DNA from: Octopus vulgaris
Taxonomy: Eukaryota
Assembly: GCA_951406725.2 (NCBI GenBank)
Contig: OX597818.1
Span: 13,826,001-13,890,000, forward strand
Direction: 5' to 3'
Length of the DNA: 64,000 nt
The position numbers and the translations under genes were made by a program. Under the pieces are notes generated by a model. The model saw only the letters and a program-made list of their open reading frames with translations, ran no database searches and had not been told where the DNA came from. Positions 26,035 to 41,506 of this stretch are shown here, in pieces (within the stretch, counting starts at the first letter, position 1; each line of letters starts with the position of its first letter).

Positions 26035-27230
26035 TATGAGGTGCATTGGAACATCAATTAAGACTTGAAGAGGTGTGGCAATTCTTAATTTTATTTTCTA
26101 TTTTGACTACATATGTTCTAAAACAAAATCATGCAATTATAATGGTGTTAACATATCCTGATATAACATATCCTGATATAACATATCCTGATATATTTCC
26201 AGGTGCAACTTAAATTCCATTTCTTTAACGAGATATTGGTGACTACAACAAGAAAAAGAATCACACTTTAAGAAACAGTTTTGTACGAATGCTGGTGTCA
26301 TTAAATCGAGTTTAGATTGATGGAAATCGATTTTCCATTGTGCCGAATCCAGTGAAGATAACCCAAATACAACTACCACCGCCGAGGAAAGCTCACTGCT
26401 CGAGTTCACCTCATAGTGATGGATGACAAGCTATTGACTATAAAATCAAATAGCTTATGCTATAAAATATCCTGTGAGAAAGTTCAGAATATTCTGCACA
26501 ACGAAATTGGTATGATGAAGGTTCCTGATCGGTGTGTGCCACATATTCTGGCACCTGATCCGAAACGATCCAAGCTGATCATATCACGACAAGATCTGAC
26601 ATTGTTCGAATTAGATTCCTTTTGGAACGGTCCATGGCCCAGGATGAGTGTTGAATGCATCACTTTGCGCCCCAGGGACAAAGAGACAATCTACGCAGGA
26701 AAAACACTACTCCTCACCTGCTCCAACGACGGTCAAGGTCGTTTCATTTGTAGGGAAGGTGATGGCCTAAGTTTTTTAGGATGCAGAAATAATTGTCTTT
26801 TGAGTACATTCAAAAGTGTCGCACCATCAATGGAGCATACTACGGCAACTTGCTGAGGGAGTTACGAAAACCTCTCAAGCTCTAACACACAAATCCTTGG
26901 TTTCAATGCCTGTATATGTGACAGTGGTTTTCAACTGGTTGATCAACCTCTTATTCACCTGATTTGGCTCCGTCTCACTATCATCTGTTCCACATCAGAA
27001 TTACTTGGCTTGGAACTAATATCACAGTAATGGTGACATTATATCTGCTGGTGGTAACTTTTTGTATCAACAGGAAGTAAAATTTTTCACCAATGGGATC
27101 CAAGCACTGCAACATTGATAGAAGAAGTTTGTGGATCGCAAGGGGGGCTATATTGCAAAACAAACTTAAGTTGATCGCACTCTGTGAAAATATCTTGGTT
27201 AACCTATGAACCTTTCAGTCGAACCTCGTA
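26035..27230 (+). mobile_element. mariner (DD34D) transposon relic
   Basis: Ends tatgagg...cctcgta. Peptides VQNILHNEIGMMKVPDRCVPHIL and QDEC*MHHF, plus decayed AGKVM/FWD and SPDLAPS-like motifs. Contains a 3x 15-bp tandem duplication at ~26148-26193. Confidence 0.75.
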
Positions 27231-28377
27231 TTTGCAAAAACGTAAACGACATAGATTTCAGTATATTTCTCTTAATTGCATAAACTATATCAAGAAGTGG
27301 AAAGGACGCCTATACACTAAACTTAAGTGCACTTTCGCAGTATACCACTTTGACCTTTACATTTTTCACATAGCAAGTAGATGTTTTTACAAGTTATGAT
27401 ACATGAAATTAAAACTCCGTCGCGTCGTTAGTTGTACGAGCATAAATTTTATTTAAAAGATATTTAAATACCACGCGGAGGTAGAAAAGACAAATATCTG
27501 CGTCATATTTTACCATTGCATTCTGAAAGATAATATTGTAATGTGTATATATACATACACCCACGTGCATTTCGGTATAAAATTTAAAGGGCATAGTAGT
27601 ATCCAATAACTGAAAAACTTTTCACTTACTTGCAGTTACCTTCTACTTAAATCCGTATAAGAAATATCGACATGCTATTTATAATTTCCTTTTATTTTTA
27701 TGACACCCGAAAAATCTAGGGATTCCGAGGGCATGGCATATATTAAATCAAGATCTCGCATAATGTAATTAATCTTATTCATTCTTGAAATAGATGATAG
27801 TATATTATTGTAAATATCAATTCTGATAATGATCGCCAGAGGGAAGAACTCTGAATGTAATCTACGCCGAGTATTTATGAACAACACAAAACGTAAAAGA
27901 AAGCAGGCACTAAACAGACAATTTCAATAAATTTACAAAAAATCATATACGCGTTCAGTAAGATAAATATAATAAACTATAATTACCTAGGGCATCTATT
28001 TGATATCCTTTTGTTAGTTAGCAGATTGCAGTGTCTTGAACAGTTATCCGATGGACTTCAATGGTCGTTGTTGATGTCTGGAGGATTCGGGCTGCCTTAA
28101 AAACATTTATTCGTTCGGAATGTTTCTTCCTTTTGGCCATGACTAGCACTTTACAGATTTCTTCCAATACTGAACAGTGCTACACTGAAGACGACGCAGT
28201 AGATAACAGGAGGCACGATCACGTCAGGCTTTCCCTATTCTTTATTTTATATAGAGAAGGCTATATCGGAATCTAGCATATTGACGCTAACAATATGCAT
28301 TAAAGAAAACTGAGAAATTTAAAATTTAATTTTTATCAGGTAATATCTTCTCGCGCTGCTAGAATTGACAATATAAT

Positions 28378-28742
28378 CATTTCTACTACAGACACAATGC
28401 TTCAAATGTTGGGAGAGGAGACAAATCGATTACTCCGACCCCAGTGTTTCATTGGTACTTATTTTACCGACCCCGAAAGAATGAAAGCAAAGTCAACCTG
28501 GGCGGAATTTGAGCTCAGAACGTAGCAAAGGGCGAAATACCTATTTCTTTACTACCCACAACAGAGAGGACAAACAAACGGATTAAGTCGATTACATCGA
28601 CCCCAGTGCATAACAGGTACTTATTGAATTGACCCCGAAAGGATGGAAGGCAAAGTCGAGCTCGGCGGAAATGTAACGGCAGACGAAATACCGCTAGGCA
28701 TTTCGCCCGGCGTGCTAACGATTCTGCCAGCTCGCCGCCATT
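28378..28742 (-). mobile_element. Dimeric tRNA-derived SINE with two Meta-like domains
   Basis: Minus strand head ggcggcgagctggcagaatcgttagcacgccgggcg, then two copies of the ctttccatcctttcggggtcratxaaxaagtacc-type domain. Confidence 0.8.
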
Positions 28743-28779
28743 AACTGACAATATAATACAATAGGAAGTGACTATATTG

Positions 28780-28992
28780 TTTTTTACTCTAGGCACAAGG
28801 CCCAACATTTTGGGGGAGGGGGACAGTCAATTAGATCTACGTCAGTACGCAACTGGTACTTAATTTATCGACCCCGAAAGGATGGAAGGCAAAGTCGAAC
28901 TCGGTGGAATTTGAACTCAGAACGTAAAGACAGACGAAATAACGCTAAGCATTTCGCTCGGCGTGCTAACGTTTCTGCCAGCTGGCCACCTT
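28780..28992 (-). mobile_element. Monomeric tRNA-derived SINE with Meta-like domain
   Basis: Minus strand: aggtggccagctggcagaaacgttagcacg...gagttcaaattcc...gccttccatcctttcggggtcgataaattaagtaccag...ccttgtgcctagagtaa. Confidence 0.85.
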
Positions 28993-29191
28993 TTAGCGAG
29001 TGTCTATATTAGCATTATGGCATAATTCGGATGTCCTTTATTTGGCATTTTTCTAGATATGTAAATGATACTGTTGTTACCGATGTGATGAGATGCATAT
29101 TTTGCTTGTGGCAACGATTAGTATAATTTATCATAAATGAAAACTTGCCTTGAATTTCTCTGCCAGGCATCAAATATAAATTTAAAATAAA

Positions 29192-29244
<53 letters not shown>

Positions 29245-29429
29245 AATACAATCTGAACTATATCAGAAAGCTTTTGTGGTTTATATTGATACAGAAAAAA
29301 TGTGGCAGATTATTTTCCGGATGCTAGAATGATAACGTTTATATATAACTGCTATTTGAAAGCAGAAAGCAATAAGACGAGAACCTACCAGGTTGAATCA
29401 AAAGATGTTTTCTTATTTCTAACTTTAAT

Positions 29430-30379
29430 TAATAGTTGGAACAAATTAAAAACAAAAAGCATTTATTCATCAAACTATATCCCATAACATTCTATTGTTT
29501 GTTGCTTTTGTAGAAGAAGCATAATTTCATGTTTATATAATTTAGCTGGTTTACAGGCAAAAAAACCTCTTTACACCCGTTTTTTACCTCATTCACGTTG
29601 TTGAAACATCTACCGCAGAAGAATTGAGCCGTCGTGCGGAATCTTTTGTAAATTTGAACTTTAGGCAAGGTGAGGCTTGCGTTTGTATGCATTGGCAGTG
29701 CATGCTTGAAAGGCACGTGTCTAGTATTGACCAATTACAAGTCCTGGAATTTCAAAGCAACGTATATTCACTGCAGGTTTCACGTATTAGGATTATGAAA
29801 ATAGATCCATTTTTCATCCCAAGTTATTAATCGACAACAAAAACGAAAATCTTACGGTTTTGCCAGCAATTCTTTGCATATATTCTCACGTTATTGAACT
29901 TGATTATTGGTCAGTTCATGCAGACTGTCTTCACAACGTCTGTTCATAAGGTCGAGTTTTTGGTACATTGTGTAGGACTAAGTTTTGCCAACACTGTAAG
30001 ACTGCTTGTGCTTTGCTGCTCAAACGTGTCAAGCAAGGTCTCATCTTCTACCACAGAAGGTCTCACTAACCTCGGTTTTTCTTCAAGGCTGGTATTACTT
30101 TCCTTGAAATGTTTGCATCAATTCTGTGTCACACGTTCATGGGATTCCATCTCATTAATTTCTTTTCCCGCTGTCTTTGCATTCCGTACATTTTTTGTCC
30201 ACAGGTAACGGGGACTGTCTCTAATTTTTCCACCTTTTTTTATCCAAGCTGTAAAATAAAGAATAAACAACGTTTGTACCGAATTAATGACAAGTTGTAC
30301 CGAATTAATGACATAACATGCTACAAGTTGCCAAATCTCATCAGTGAAGGTCCGAAAATACTTTTTACTCCGACTAGTA
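29430..30379 (-). mobile_element. mariner (DD34D) transposon relic, internally deleted
   Basis: Minus peptides HELTNNQ, ICKELL, RLITWDEKWIYFHNP and FRTTAQFFCGRCFNNVNEVKNG...FDE*. Degenerate TIRs tactagtcggag / taatagttggaa. Confidence 0.8.
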
Positions 30380-30968
30380 TTTTATTTCAGTGCATCATCC
30401 TATATTGCTCTAAATAACAAGAAGTTTTGTTAAGAGAAAAGGAAAACAAAAGAACATTCCGAAGAACATGTTATAAACATATTGATATAAATAACTGCAA
30501 TAGACTAAGTATTTTTATATCGCATTAGTATTACTTCCCGCTGTGGGCATTTTTTATTTTTTGTTGGAAAAATATTAACCTTTGAAATAGCATAATATGA
30601 GACTTGTTTAAACCAAAATATCTAAAAACATTTCCCACTACTATGAATTTCGATTCACTATCGAGTTTACAGTTTTCTTTCTCTGGAACAGTTTACATTA
30701 CAGACACGGAATCTCTCTAAAGTTATGTATCAAACTACACATAATTGTAAACAAGCCATCAAACTATGAGGAAGACTTCCTGAAATACCATACTGAATCC
30801 ATTCACAGCCATATGTTGGAACTCGTCCCAAGGGTAAATATGAAAATAACTCGTGCGTAGTTTGCAGCTTATTGTTTTTCCAGTGTTCGTCTTGCACTTT
30901 GTTGCTGGTTGATATACACGAGAGCACATTTAAGAAAATACTGCAATATAAAGATAATGTAAACCAGA

Positions 30969-31290
30969 AAGGCGCGTGGTTTAGGGGTTAGGATATTTAG
31001 CTCACGATCGTCTGGTCGTGACTTCAATTCCCGTCGATGTGTTGTGTCCTTGAGGAAGACACTTTATTTCACATTGCTCCAGTCCATTTAGCTGGCAAAA
31101 GAGTAGTACATGTATTTCAAAGGACAAGCCTCGTCACATTGTGTGTCACGCTGAATCTCCCTGAGAATTATGCTAAAGGTACACGTATTTATTCAGTGCT
31201 CAGCCACTTGCACGTTAATTTCACGAACATGATCTACCGTTGTTCGGATCAACTGGAACCCTCGTCATCGTAACCAATGGAGTGCCAGTG
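30969..31290 (+). mobile_element. tRNA-derived CORE-like SINE
   Basis: aaggcgcgtggtttagg...ttgtgtccttgaggaagacactttatttcac...ccctcgtcatcgtaacc. Homologous to 36511-36830. Confidence 0.8.
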
Positions 31291-32555
31291 TAATAGAAAC
31301 AGGAATATTTTAAGCTGTAAGGTGAGCATATTCAGATTAATTATGTTTGTTAATTTATTCACTTTACAAACGATTTGAAGTTAAATCTCCGATATGGATC
31401 ACGATGTATTTTAAACATTTTGCAAGTAGTTAGATGGGGTAAAACGTGAATGTAAGCGAAAAGTGTCGCATAATCTATTTAAATATGTTTCGTTATAGGC
31501 ATTTAAGTTCTTAGCTTCAAAAGCCACTAGTTAAAATATTACAGTTATTAATGTCACTATCACTTTCTTTCCTCGTGAATCAGAAAAACTGTTTCTTCGG
31601 GCTTTTTGTCATGAAAATATCTGCTGACACTGCAGAGACCTACAAGCAATTGTCCTGGAAGCAGTGACTGCATTTGAAGTTATTATTTACCAATATTACT
31701 CCGGTGCCATGTCTTGTAAGTTTTTTTCGGAATATAGACTCATCTTTTCCATGCCTGTTTTTAAATCTCTGCCTAGTTTCATACACCAGCTATATCTGCT
31801 ATTTGCAATGTCCTCTCAACATTCCATTATTATATCCAGTGCCTGCACGTTCCGCTGGCAAACACCTTTATATCAAATATAGGATTGCCCATATGTTCTC
31901 TCGTGGAAAGGCAGTTCTTGTCATACACTAGATTTTTTATGCTATGAAAGTAGAACGTTTTGAGATAACGTTTTAGTCTCTAGTACAAAACTCAAGTTTC
32001 ACTGTCACAAGTGACTGTTCTGAGGTTGCCGGTACTGCCGGCACAGGGCATAATTTTCTGCATGGTGATAATTGAGCTTTCATTTCATGTATCTGCTGCT
32101 CTCTGTAATATAAAAAGTGGCTGCATTATTGTGTATCATGTGTACGTGAGATGTGCATTTCTGGGAATTGTAAATTTTAATAGTAAGGACAGAAATGTGT
32201 TCAGCACTTTGAAACAAATCCTTGCCTTATTTTTTATCTTACATATGCATAGATATTACAGCGTATTATAATTTATCTATTTAAACATTCATATAATTCA
32301 TAGGACTCATAAAATTTTCAACTCATAGATTTACGTCTGAAACAATTATTGCTACGTTTGACTTACATTGCATCTTCTTGTCTTATTTAAATTTATTTTA
32401 TACTATATATTACCTTAATATAAACTTCCCAAAATTATGCACGTAAAACTTTTTGTCTTATCTATAAGAACATTATATTTGAGCAGAACAAAATGTTTTC
32501 TTCGTTCTGTGAATGCTTATAAGTTGATAGAATTTGTTATAATAAATTTACTGGC

Positions 32556-32797
<242 letters not shown>

Positions 32798-35700
32798 TGG
32801 TAGTCTCTTGTACCTCGAGAAGGAGGATCTGTATATTCTTGATGAACAAACTGCACAAATCATGCATTTACAGAGACCAACTGTATGTGCTGAACATTAA
32901 TTCACTCCCTCCATCAAATCGGCGTTGCCTGAGCAGGTGCATGATGTAGCACACATCAGGCAAGTGCATATATCTCTACGCTCAAGAGGAAATATATAAA
33001 TAAATATATAAACAGATAAATTAATTAATATATATATAGATAAATAATTATATAAATATATTTGTCACATATCTGGGATAAATGTAAGACATAGAGATAG
33101 ATGAAATAACTAAATGAAACTATATAACGGGCAAGTATACGTACAACATACGAAGTAAACCCATATACACAAACGAACACATAAGAATTTTGATGGACGG
33201 CCATAACAATGTCAACAACGCAATTAACAACGACAGCAGCGACTGTGACAACGAAGGCAATAATAACAGCTACCACAATGACAACACAGTGGGCGGACAC
33301 ACGTACCTAGAGGTATGCAGGAATGTGCCACAAATATATTATTTGCGAGGAGAGCCTTAGGACAGCTGCAGAAAAATTGGTTTAGAGGATAGGGCTGAGA
33401 GGAAGGCCACACTACTGCTAAAAATTATGATACACATACACAATTACACACACACGCTTACACACACACGTACAAACACACACACAAGGACACAAACGCA
33501 TACGCACATAGGGATTACACATCTTAGAAGAACAAAATGAAGTGACGCAAGAACACACGCGTAAACAAAAAGTGTCGCTGAAGAGGTCACAGATGTGTAA
33601 CGACAGTTTTTGAACAATGGACATGAGTTAAAATAATAAAATAAGAACAGGAATAAACGACTGATGAAAATATATATCGTGCGTGTGTTTATTTGCCAAA
33701 AAAATAACTATCCCGAAATACAACAATATCTGTTTCAACACACGATTTCACCTCAAGAATCTTGGAAAACGAATTATAAATGTAAAATATATAACTCATT
33801 TTCAGTAAAAACACAGGTTTGCCTTTCTCAACAAAAACTGGCCAAAGTAAATATTATGTAGACGTCAATGAAAACGAAAATTTGATGCATATTATAAAGA
33901 TTTATTCAACAAAAACCGATAACTGCGATGCCAAATGTGTTAAGATGTTTTGGCAGTAAATGATACGTGAATAATATTTCAAAACTTTTGTTTATATATG
34001 AAAAACTTTATTTTGTGAGTTTAATGCGTTAGAATATATGGCACATTCGATAATAAACTGAACAGAAATGAGAACCTAATGAAGCTGAAATTCAATATTG
34101 TGCCTTTTGAACAGCTTAAATATGCCATTCTCGATCAACTTACTTTTTACTGGCTGGAATATTACAGATTATTCTGTATCTAATAAAGTGTATTCATATG
34201 TATGTACTACAGCCTAGTCGGTTGCGAGTTGGGCTAACGATCATAAAGAAAATGTTTGATTCCTGCTCAGAAGGTTATGATGTCTGCTCACAAGGATTTA
34301 TGCATTTAGGCGAAACATCTTCGCATGCAATATGATTAGTGAGAGATGCATTTAAACATATCCACGCACACACTGATGTATGGATGTATGTGCGTATGTG
34401 CGTGCGCGGGTGGGCGCGTAAGTAGTTGGATAGGTCAGTATGCAAATATGTCATTTATATACACTTATATATGAGTTCATGATTTTAGTTGCACAGGTGT
34501 GTGCGTAAGAGGGAACGAAATATAAATTTTGTGTATCACAGATGTTTTCATGTAAAGTCCAATATTGAAGAACATAATCTGCTATTTGTAAGAAACAGCT
34601 TCAGATTATTGAGTTTTCCGCACATTATTGGTTTTGGGAGACACCAATGTCTAACATTAGATCCCTTTTCGGAACTGGACGATGGATATTGCTCGATCTG
34701 TCTCATAAAATTTTCTGCTGTTTTAGTTTACAACATATGGTATCAACAAAAGGTATTTCCATGCCTTTTATCTTGTTGTTACAGTTCAACTTTAGAGATC
34801 TACCACTCAGAAATTTAATCCATATCTATCGCAGGTGAACCTTAATATAACACTTTACCAGAATAAGACATTTGAAAAAAAAACTGTTTGTTTCTGCAAG
34901 CGTGCAAAGTTTTGAGAAATACAACATAACATTAATGCCGATGATGGGTAACCATCCATGAAGAAAATATTAACTGATAACGAATATATGTAAAGATGTG
35001 AACAATCCGATCCCTCTTTAAATATTTAGTAATATGCAAAGACTTTTGAGAATTAAGGATTTCCAGAATGATACGTCGAATCTTTTGTCAATTGAATGAG
35101 ATTAATATTCTAGAGAACGGAGGTATATTATGAAAGCAGGCGAGAGTTATGTTGAAGCTGGGTATAGGAAATTGCAATATCATGAGCAGATCATTCACAT
35201 GGCAAAGTCAGTAGCAACAGATGTTTGAATGTTGGCAATGCATAACTTTTTATTTTCTTACCCCTCTCTTTCTTTCTTTTGCTCTCATTCTCTTATTCTC
35301 TCTCTCTCTCTCTTGCTCTCTCTTCCGTTCTCTCCTACTCACAGTGTTTCTCTCTCTCACGTTCTCTCTTCAGCCATCCCACACTATCATCTCTGCGCAC
35401 TATCATCTCCGTCTGTCTGCCTGTTAGTTTGTCTGTCTGTTTCTCTCTCTCTCTCTCTCTCTTTCAGAAAGAACACACCACTCATATATCCTTGTTATAG
35501 AACATAATGCAAAAACGCAATACAGCTAAGGAAAAAACGAATAGCATGTATCAGGTCTTTGCTAAACTCCTCACGTGTCAAACGATGCGCGCCAAACGCT
35601 TTTCACCAGACAACATTCTGTTACAATGTCACATAGAGTGGTGTTGGAAACGACGTATATCATGGAGGATATCCTAATAAAACCACCAGCGTAGGCCCAA

Positions 35701-36510
35701 TTCCTACTGCTTCAAACCTGGTATGTTTTTGAAGAACTTTCCAGTATTTTATGTCAGCTATTTCCCTATACGCAAACCAGTGGAAAATCAAGTATATTAT
35801 TTTTATGTACATAAGTAAGTCTAGAGCTGGCCTCAAAATATACGATGTATTACATTATTCAGCGTTTTGAACGAAATAATGGAGGGAATACCTTGCACAT
35901 TTGGAAAGTCTATTACAAATTATATAAGTAACTTTTCTATATCAGACACTTCATATATAGGGAAATGATTTACATGATTCATATTTACATGGCGTTGCTT
36001 GTATTGGGAGTACAATGTAGTGCCTATTCCCCTTTTTATCTTCCCTATCCTTCTTAAAGGTGAAAATAATTTGAAGAATTATGAAATTGGGTGATTCAGA
36101 ATTCAATTCATAAAATCATGTATGAATTGAACCTGAAGATAATGCACTTAACATTTGGGATTCACACCAATGGGAATAAGTTTTTAATGCCTTTATGTTT
36201 TGGCAGTCAAGTTCCCCGTAAACAAACAATTTGTCTATTTGGTTGTGCATTAGTGAATCTGTTAATAATTTAAATATATAAACAGTATATAAATATTGTA
36301 TAGATATTATATGTCATATATCACACACATGTTCCGATGTACCTGTAAAATGAATATCTATCCTTTAAGGAAAGGAGAGAAGAAAAAAAAGACAATTGTT
36401 AACAGATTATGTTTGCAATACAAGCAACTCCACTGTTTAGCACTAACTCCTCATCTTTGTGTTGTTTTTCCATATATGATTTAACGAGTCCAAAATATAA
36501 CATTTTGAGT

Positions 36511-36830
36511 GAAGGCGCGTGGCTTAGTGGTTAGGGACATTCGGCTCATGATCGTAAGGTCGTGAGTTGAATTCCCGGCGGCGCGTTGTGTCCTCGAGAA
36601 AAACACTTTATTTCACGTTGCTCCAGTTCACTCAGCTGCCAAAAATGAGTAGTACCTGTATTTCAAAGGGCCAGTCTTGTCACGCACTGTGTCACGCTGA
36701 ATCTACCCCGAAAACTACGTTACACGTGTTTGTGGAGTGCTCAGCCACTTACACGTTAATTTCACGAGCAAGCTGTTCCGTTGATAATATCAGCAGGGAC
36801 CCTCGTCGTCGCGACCGACGGAGTGCTCCT
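36511..36830 (+). mobile_element. tRNA-derived CORE-like SINE
   Basis: aaggcgcgtggcttagtggttagg (A box) ... gagttgaattccc (B box) ... ttgtgtcctcgagaaaaacact ... cctcgtcgtcgcgaccgacggagtgc. Confidence 0.85.
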
Positions 36831-37402
36831 ATAACATTTTGAAACAGCACATCATCTGTTGAATGTAAAGCTACATCATTTAGAAGGCGCATGTAGTCGA
36901 TTTGAAGACTAGTTGATTTCTTCTTAACGGTAGACTTTTCACAAATAGGAAACACAGGTAAAGTTTCATGATATATAGGGTCATTCTTGCGTGAATATTT
37001 TATGTTCATTTTTATATAATTTTTTGCTTTCTTTTTACACGTAAGTAAGCAAAATCTAAATAACTAATTGATTTGCGTGTTCTGTTTCTTTTATGCAAAT
37101 ATTAAGTTACGTACTGAAACGTACTGTAACATAATATTTTTAAAAGGACGTATAATTATGTATTTACATGCACTTTTATAAAAGTATTTCAATTTAGATA
37201 TAATAATCTCGGTAGGTATGACAGTATTTATATTACAGCGTATAAATTCCCCAAATTTGAAATATGTATATGTTTTGTAGCTTATGCATGGCATCATAAT
37301 GTATTCATATTTCATATTTGTAAAACTTCAACCATCGTACAGCAAAGAGAGGTGAAAGTAAAACTTTATCATATATATTTCGTAAATATCATAGATATTT
37401 AC

Positions 37403-37467
<65 letters not shown>

Positions 37468-37633
37468 CATATACATATAAACAATTCATAAATAAGGGCA
37501 AACGAAAAAAAATTATAATGCCAAATATGCCGAAAAATTGGACATATTGTCCATTATCCATATAATGTTTTCACAATACGCACGCTACTCGAAAAAAGGT
37601 CGACAGAAATTTCTAAAAAATTCCATTATTACC

Positions 37634-37688
37634 ATATCGGACAGATTTCAGGGTTAGCTCATAACAGCCCTCCATTCGTCAGTGATAC
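37634..37688 (-). ncRNA. Degenerate type I hammerhead in a TA-flanked element (~37480-37735)
   Basis: Minus strand: gtatca-CTGACGA-atgg-aggg...ccct-GAAAT-ct-GTC-cgatat. Confidence 0.45.
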
Positions 37689-37822
37689 ATGTGGCAAAAG
37701 AAATAAATGAGATACTTACTCATATCCATGATTATATATATATATATTTTTTTTTTATATATATTGATAGATATTAGTTACGATAGATATTAATTATTAT
37801 GCAGTTTGCATCTCGAGGACCG

Positions 37823-37898
37823 AATGTACTGAAGAAGTCACGGACACTTGAATTATGCAAGTAATTCTTTTGTTAAGACCGAAACCGAGGTATGCATT
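37823..37898 (+). ncRNA. Type I hammerhead ribozyme (copy 1)
   Basis: aatgta-CTGAAGA-agtc...gacc-GAAAC-cgag-GTA-tgcatt. The first stem II pair is an A.C mismatch. Confidence 0.7.
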
Positions 37899-38368
37899 TA
37901 AGTCTGTTTTTTATTTAATTTTTCATATGTCCTGCCCGCCAAATTTGGTTCTGGTGTTCGCTGAATTCTTCCTCTAGAGAATTTCCCTTGTAGTTTGATC
38001 GTTTATGATCTATTTCTAGCATTCTGGCCGGCTACCTAGCAGGCCAGCCCTGCCAATATACACATATATTTGAATTTTCTCTGACTCCTCAGATTTTTTG
38101 AATGCTGGACTACTGGTTTTAAATTGATATTAAAATTAATATTAATTTATCTCCCTCAATTTTTAAATATTTAAATAAATACGTTCCCTAGTAGTAAGCT
38201 TTACCCGCAGTGAATTATTCACTGCAGCCCTTCGCTTCAGGAGTCTCTTAGCGCGCCGGAACCAAGACATTTGAAATTTTATTCCCGATGTAATCAATAA
38301 GACTAAGCACGTGTCTGTCTTGACACAGAGAGCTGGGGTTAGTCTTGCGGTTTGCATCTCGAGGACCG

Positions 38369-38444
38369 AATGTACTGAAGAAGTCACGGACACTTGAATT
38401 ATGCAAGTAATTCTTTTGTTAAGACCGAAACCGAGGTATGCATT
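38369..38444 (+). ncRNA. Type I hammerhead ribozyme (copy 2)
   Basis: Identical to 37823-37898. Confidence 0.7.
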
Positions 38445-38601
38445 TAAGTCTGTTTTTTATTTAATTTTTCATATGTCCTGCCCGCCAAATTTGGTTCTGG
38501 TGTTCGCTGAATTCTTCCTCTAGAGAATTTCCCTTGTAGTTTGATCGTTTATGATCTATTTCTAGCATTCTGGCCGGCTACCTAGCAGGCCAGCCCTGCC
38601 A

Positions 38602-39093
<492 letters not shown>

Positions 39094-39388
39094 AAAATAT
39101 ATATATATGTGGCTTATGTATTTGTAATATTAAATTTTAAGTTAATTAGGTATTACATTATTTGATATTTAGTCAATTTTGTTATAGATTGTTATATTAA
39201 ATCTATTGATACTACATATGTATATTTATTGTATGGTTATCGTATTTAAGGAGTTTGTCTATATTTGAACCATTTCTTATTTTGATTACAATTTAATAAC
39301 TGGTACTAGCTTTGTGTATTTTATTTAATTTTAAAGTATTTAATTATTTAAGTATGTTTATATTATTCACTTATGTATATTTAAGATT

Positions 39389-39425
<37 letters not shown>

Positions 39426-39467
39426 GTATATTTATTAATTAATTATTTTATTGTTCTAGTTTATTTT

Positions 39468-39555
39468 TAACTTGATGAGCGACTATATTTATATCGAAGT
39501 GATTTCTCTACTACTATAATCATTTCTTAATTATGGTCACAGAACACGTGTCGTT
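39468..39555 (+). ncRNA. Degenerate hammerhead relic between (TA)n tracts
   Basis: aac-TTGATGA-gcgac...gtcac-aGAAC-ACGT-GTC-gtt, with palindromic ACACGTGT stem III. Core damaged. Confidence 0.35.
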
Positions 39556-41114
39556 TTTCTACCTATTATATACGATTTTTAAAATTATTTTTTGCAATTT
39601 ACTTAATCTTTGACATTTTATTGTTATTTTAATTTCATTTTTTCTATTATATGTAATTTTCTAGATGGTGTAATTTAATTGTTTATTTTGAATTGATAAA
39701 AGGTGTTTTTTTTTCTAATTTATATATATATATATATTTGATCAATTTGCACTCACACACACAACACTCACATATGTCTGATCAGTCAAATTACATATGT
39801 ATATATATTTATAGCATGGGAGGGAGAGAAAGAGAGATAGATAGATAGGCAGAGAGAGGGAGAGAGAGAGAGATAATCATATTTCTTTTGCAAAACATTT
39901 ATTTTAAAAATACTAAATATGGAGTTATAAACTTTTAAATTGAATGTACGAAGCTTTTTACATGTCTTACTAGAATATGGAAATTTTCAGACATATTTTC
40001 CATATGCACTGTTCGGCTACATAATTTTTGGTAGCTATGTAAAGTGTTAATATATAACATAGGTTACACTTATAAATATTCATTGCTTAAAATCAAAACC
40101 AAGCAATATTTCTGATAATATTCCACATGATTTCGAAATATTTCTAATTATTGGTCCCAACTATGGAATATCATATTAATAATAAATTCGAAACCACGTA
40201 TATTAAATTTTATTAGATTAGAAAGTGTTATAAATTACCAGCATGCACTTGAAGTGATATATATGAAGTATTATAGCATTGTATGTGACCGAATTAATAT
40301 AAGGTATCATATTAGTCTCCAAACAGCAGATTCCCTATGACCGTTTCTCTGAAGTAATCTATGAGAACAAACAAAAGGGCGAGATTCATACTAAAACTTC
40401 TCTCAAAAGTAAGGAAGCAGATGCAACATACAAAGTAACAGCACTTACGTTTTAGTTGTCGATGTTAATGGTTGGTATGCTAAAAGTGGAGACGGCGGCA
40501 ACGGTGATGCTGATTGTTGAGATTGTGGTAGTAAATGCGACGGTGACGTTAGTCGTTGTGGTAGTGGTAGAGGTAGTGGTGGAGCCGGTGGTGATGGTGG
40601 TGGTGATCAGCTTGAGAGTAGATCGACAGTACAGAGCTACGTTGAATGGTATTCTTCCCAATATATTGTCGAAAATATTACTTAATTCAGTGAGTGGACA
40701 TTCCTCTCTCAAACATGGTAATCTTTCATGTGAATGAAATGTCACTGCTATTTCTAGTAGATCGAGCAACAGCAGAGTTACAACCTTCTTCGTGACCGTC
40801 CTGATGAAACACTTTTGGATTTGATAAAATGAATTAATTTCTGTGAAGAATTAAACAGTATTTTCTCTTGAGGCATCTATATTTACAAAGTTTAAAATAC
40901 AATACTAGCGTAGCTTTTCTTGTAAAATAAGTACCAATATTATCGTAATTCATATGACTTTAATAAAAGCTCATACATATTTTCATACCCATATGTACAA
41001 GTATGTATTTTTGAGCGTCCACTTAAAACAAAATATGAAGTAACTTTGCAAAATATATAATACAAACATTTGCTTATATGATGATAGTAATAACGATCCT
41101 AATCTAAGTAATAT

Positions 41115-41506
41115 TCTTTTCTACTCTAGGCACAAGGCCTGAAATTTGGGGAGGAGGGGGTAGTCGATTAGATCGACCCCAGTAAGCAACATGAATTTGT
41201 TTATCGACCCCGAAAGGATGAAAGGCAAAGTGGACCTCGGAGAATTTCAACTAAGTACGTAAAGACAGACAAAATACCTATTTCTTCACTACCCACAATG
41301 GGCTAAACACAGAGAGGTCAAAGAAGGACAGACACACGGATTAAGTCGATCATATCGACCCCAGTGCGTAACTTGTACTTATTTAATCGACCCCGAAAGG
41401 ATGAAAGGCAAAGCCGACCTCGGCGGAATTTGTACTCAGAACGTAACGACAGAACAAATACGGCTACGTATTTCACCCGGCGTGTAAATTTTCTGCTAGC
41501 TCGCTG
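41115..41506 (-). mobile_element. Dimeric Meta-like SINE (same architecture as 28378-28742)
   Basis: Two tcgaccccgaaaggatgaaaggcaaag units and the same internal junction aaatacctatttctt(t/c)actacccacaa. Confidence 0.85.

Noticed and set aside
36511-36580. tRNA genes at SINE heads (also 4590-4662, 25232, 38716)
   Set aside because: A and B boxes continue into repeat bodies, and no clean cloverleaf is visible.
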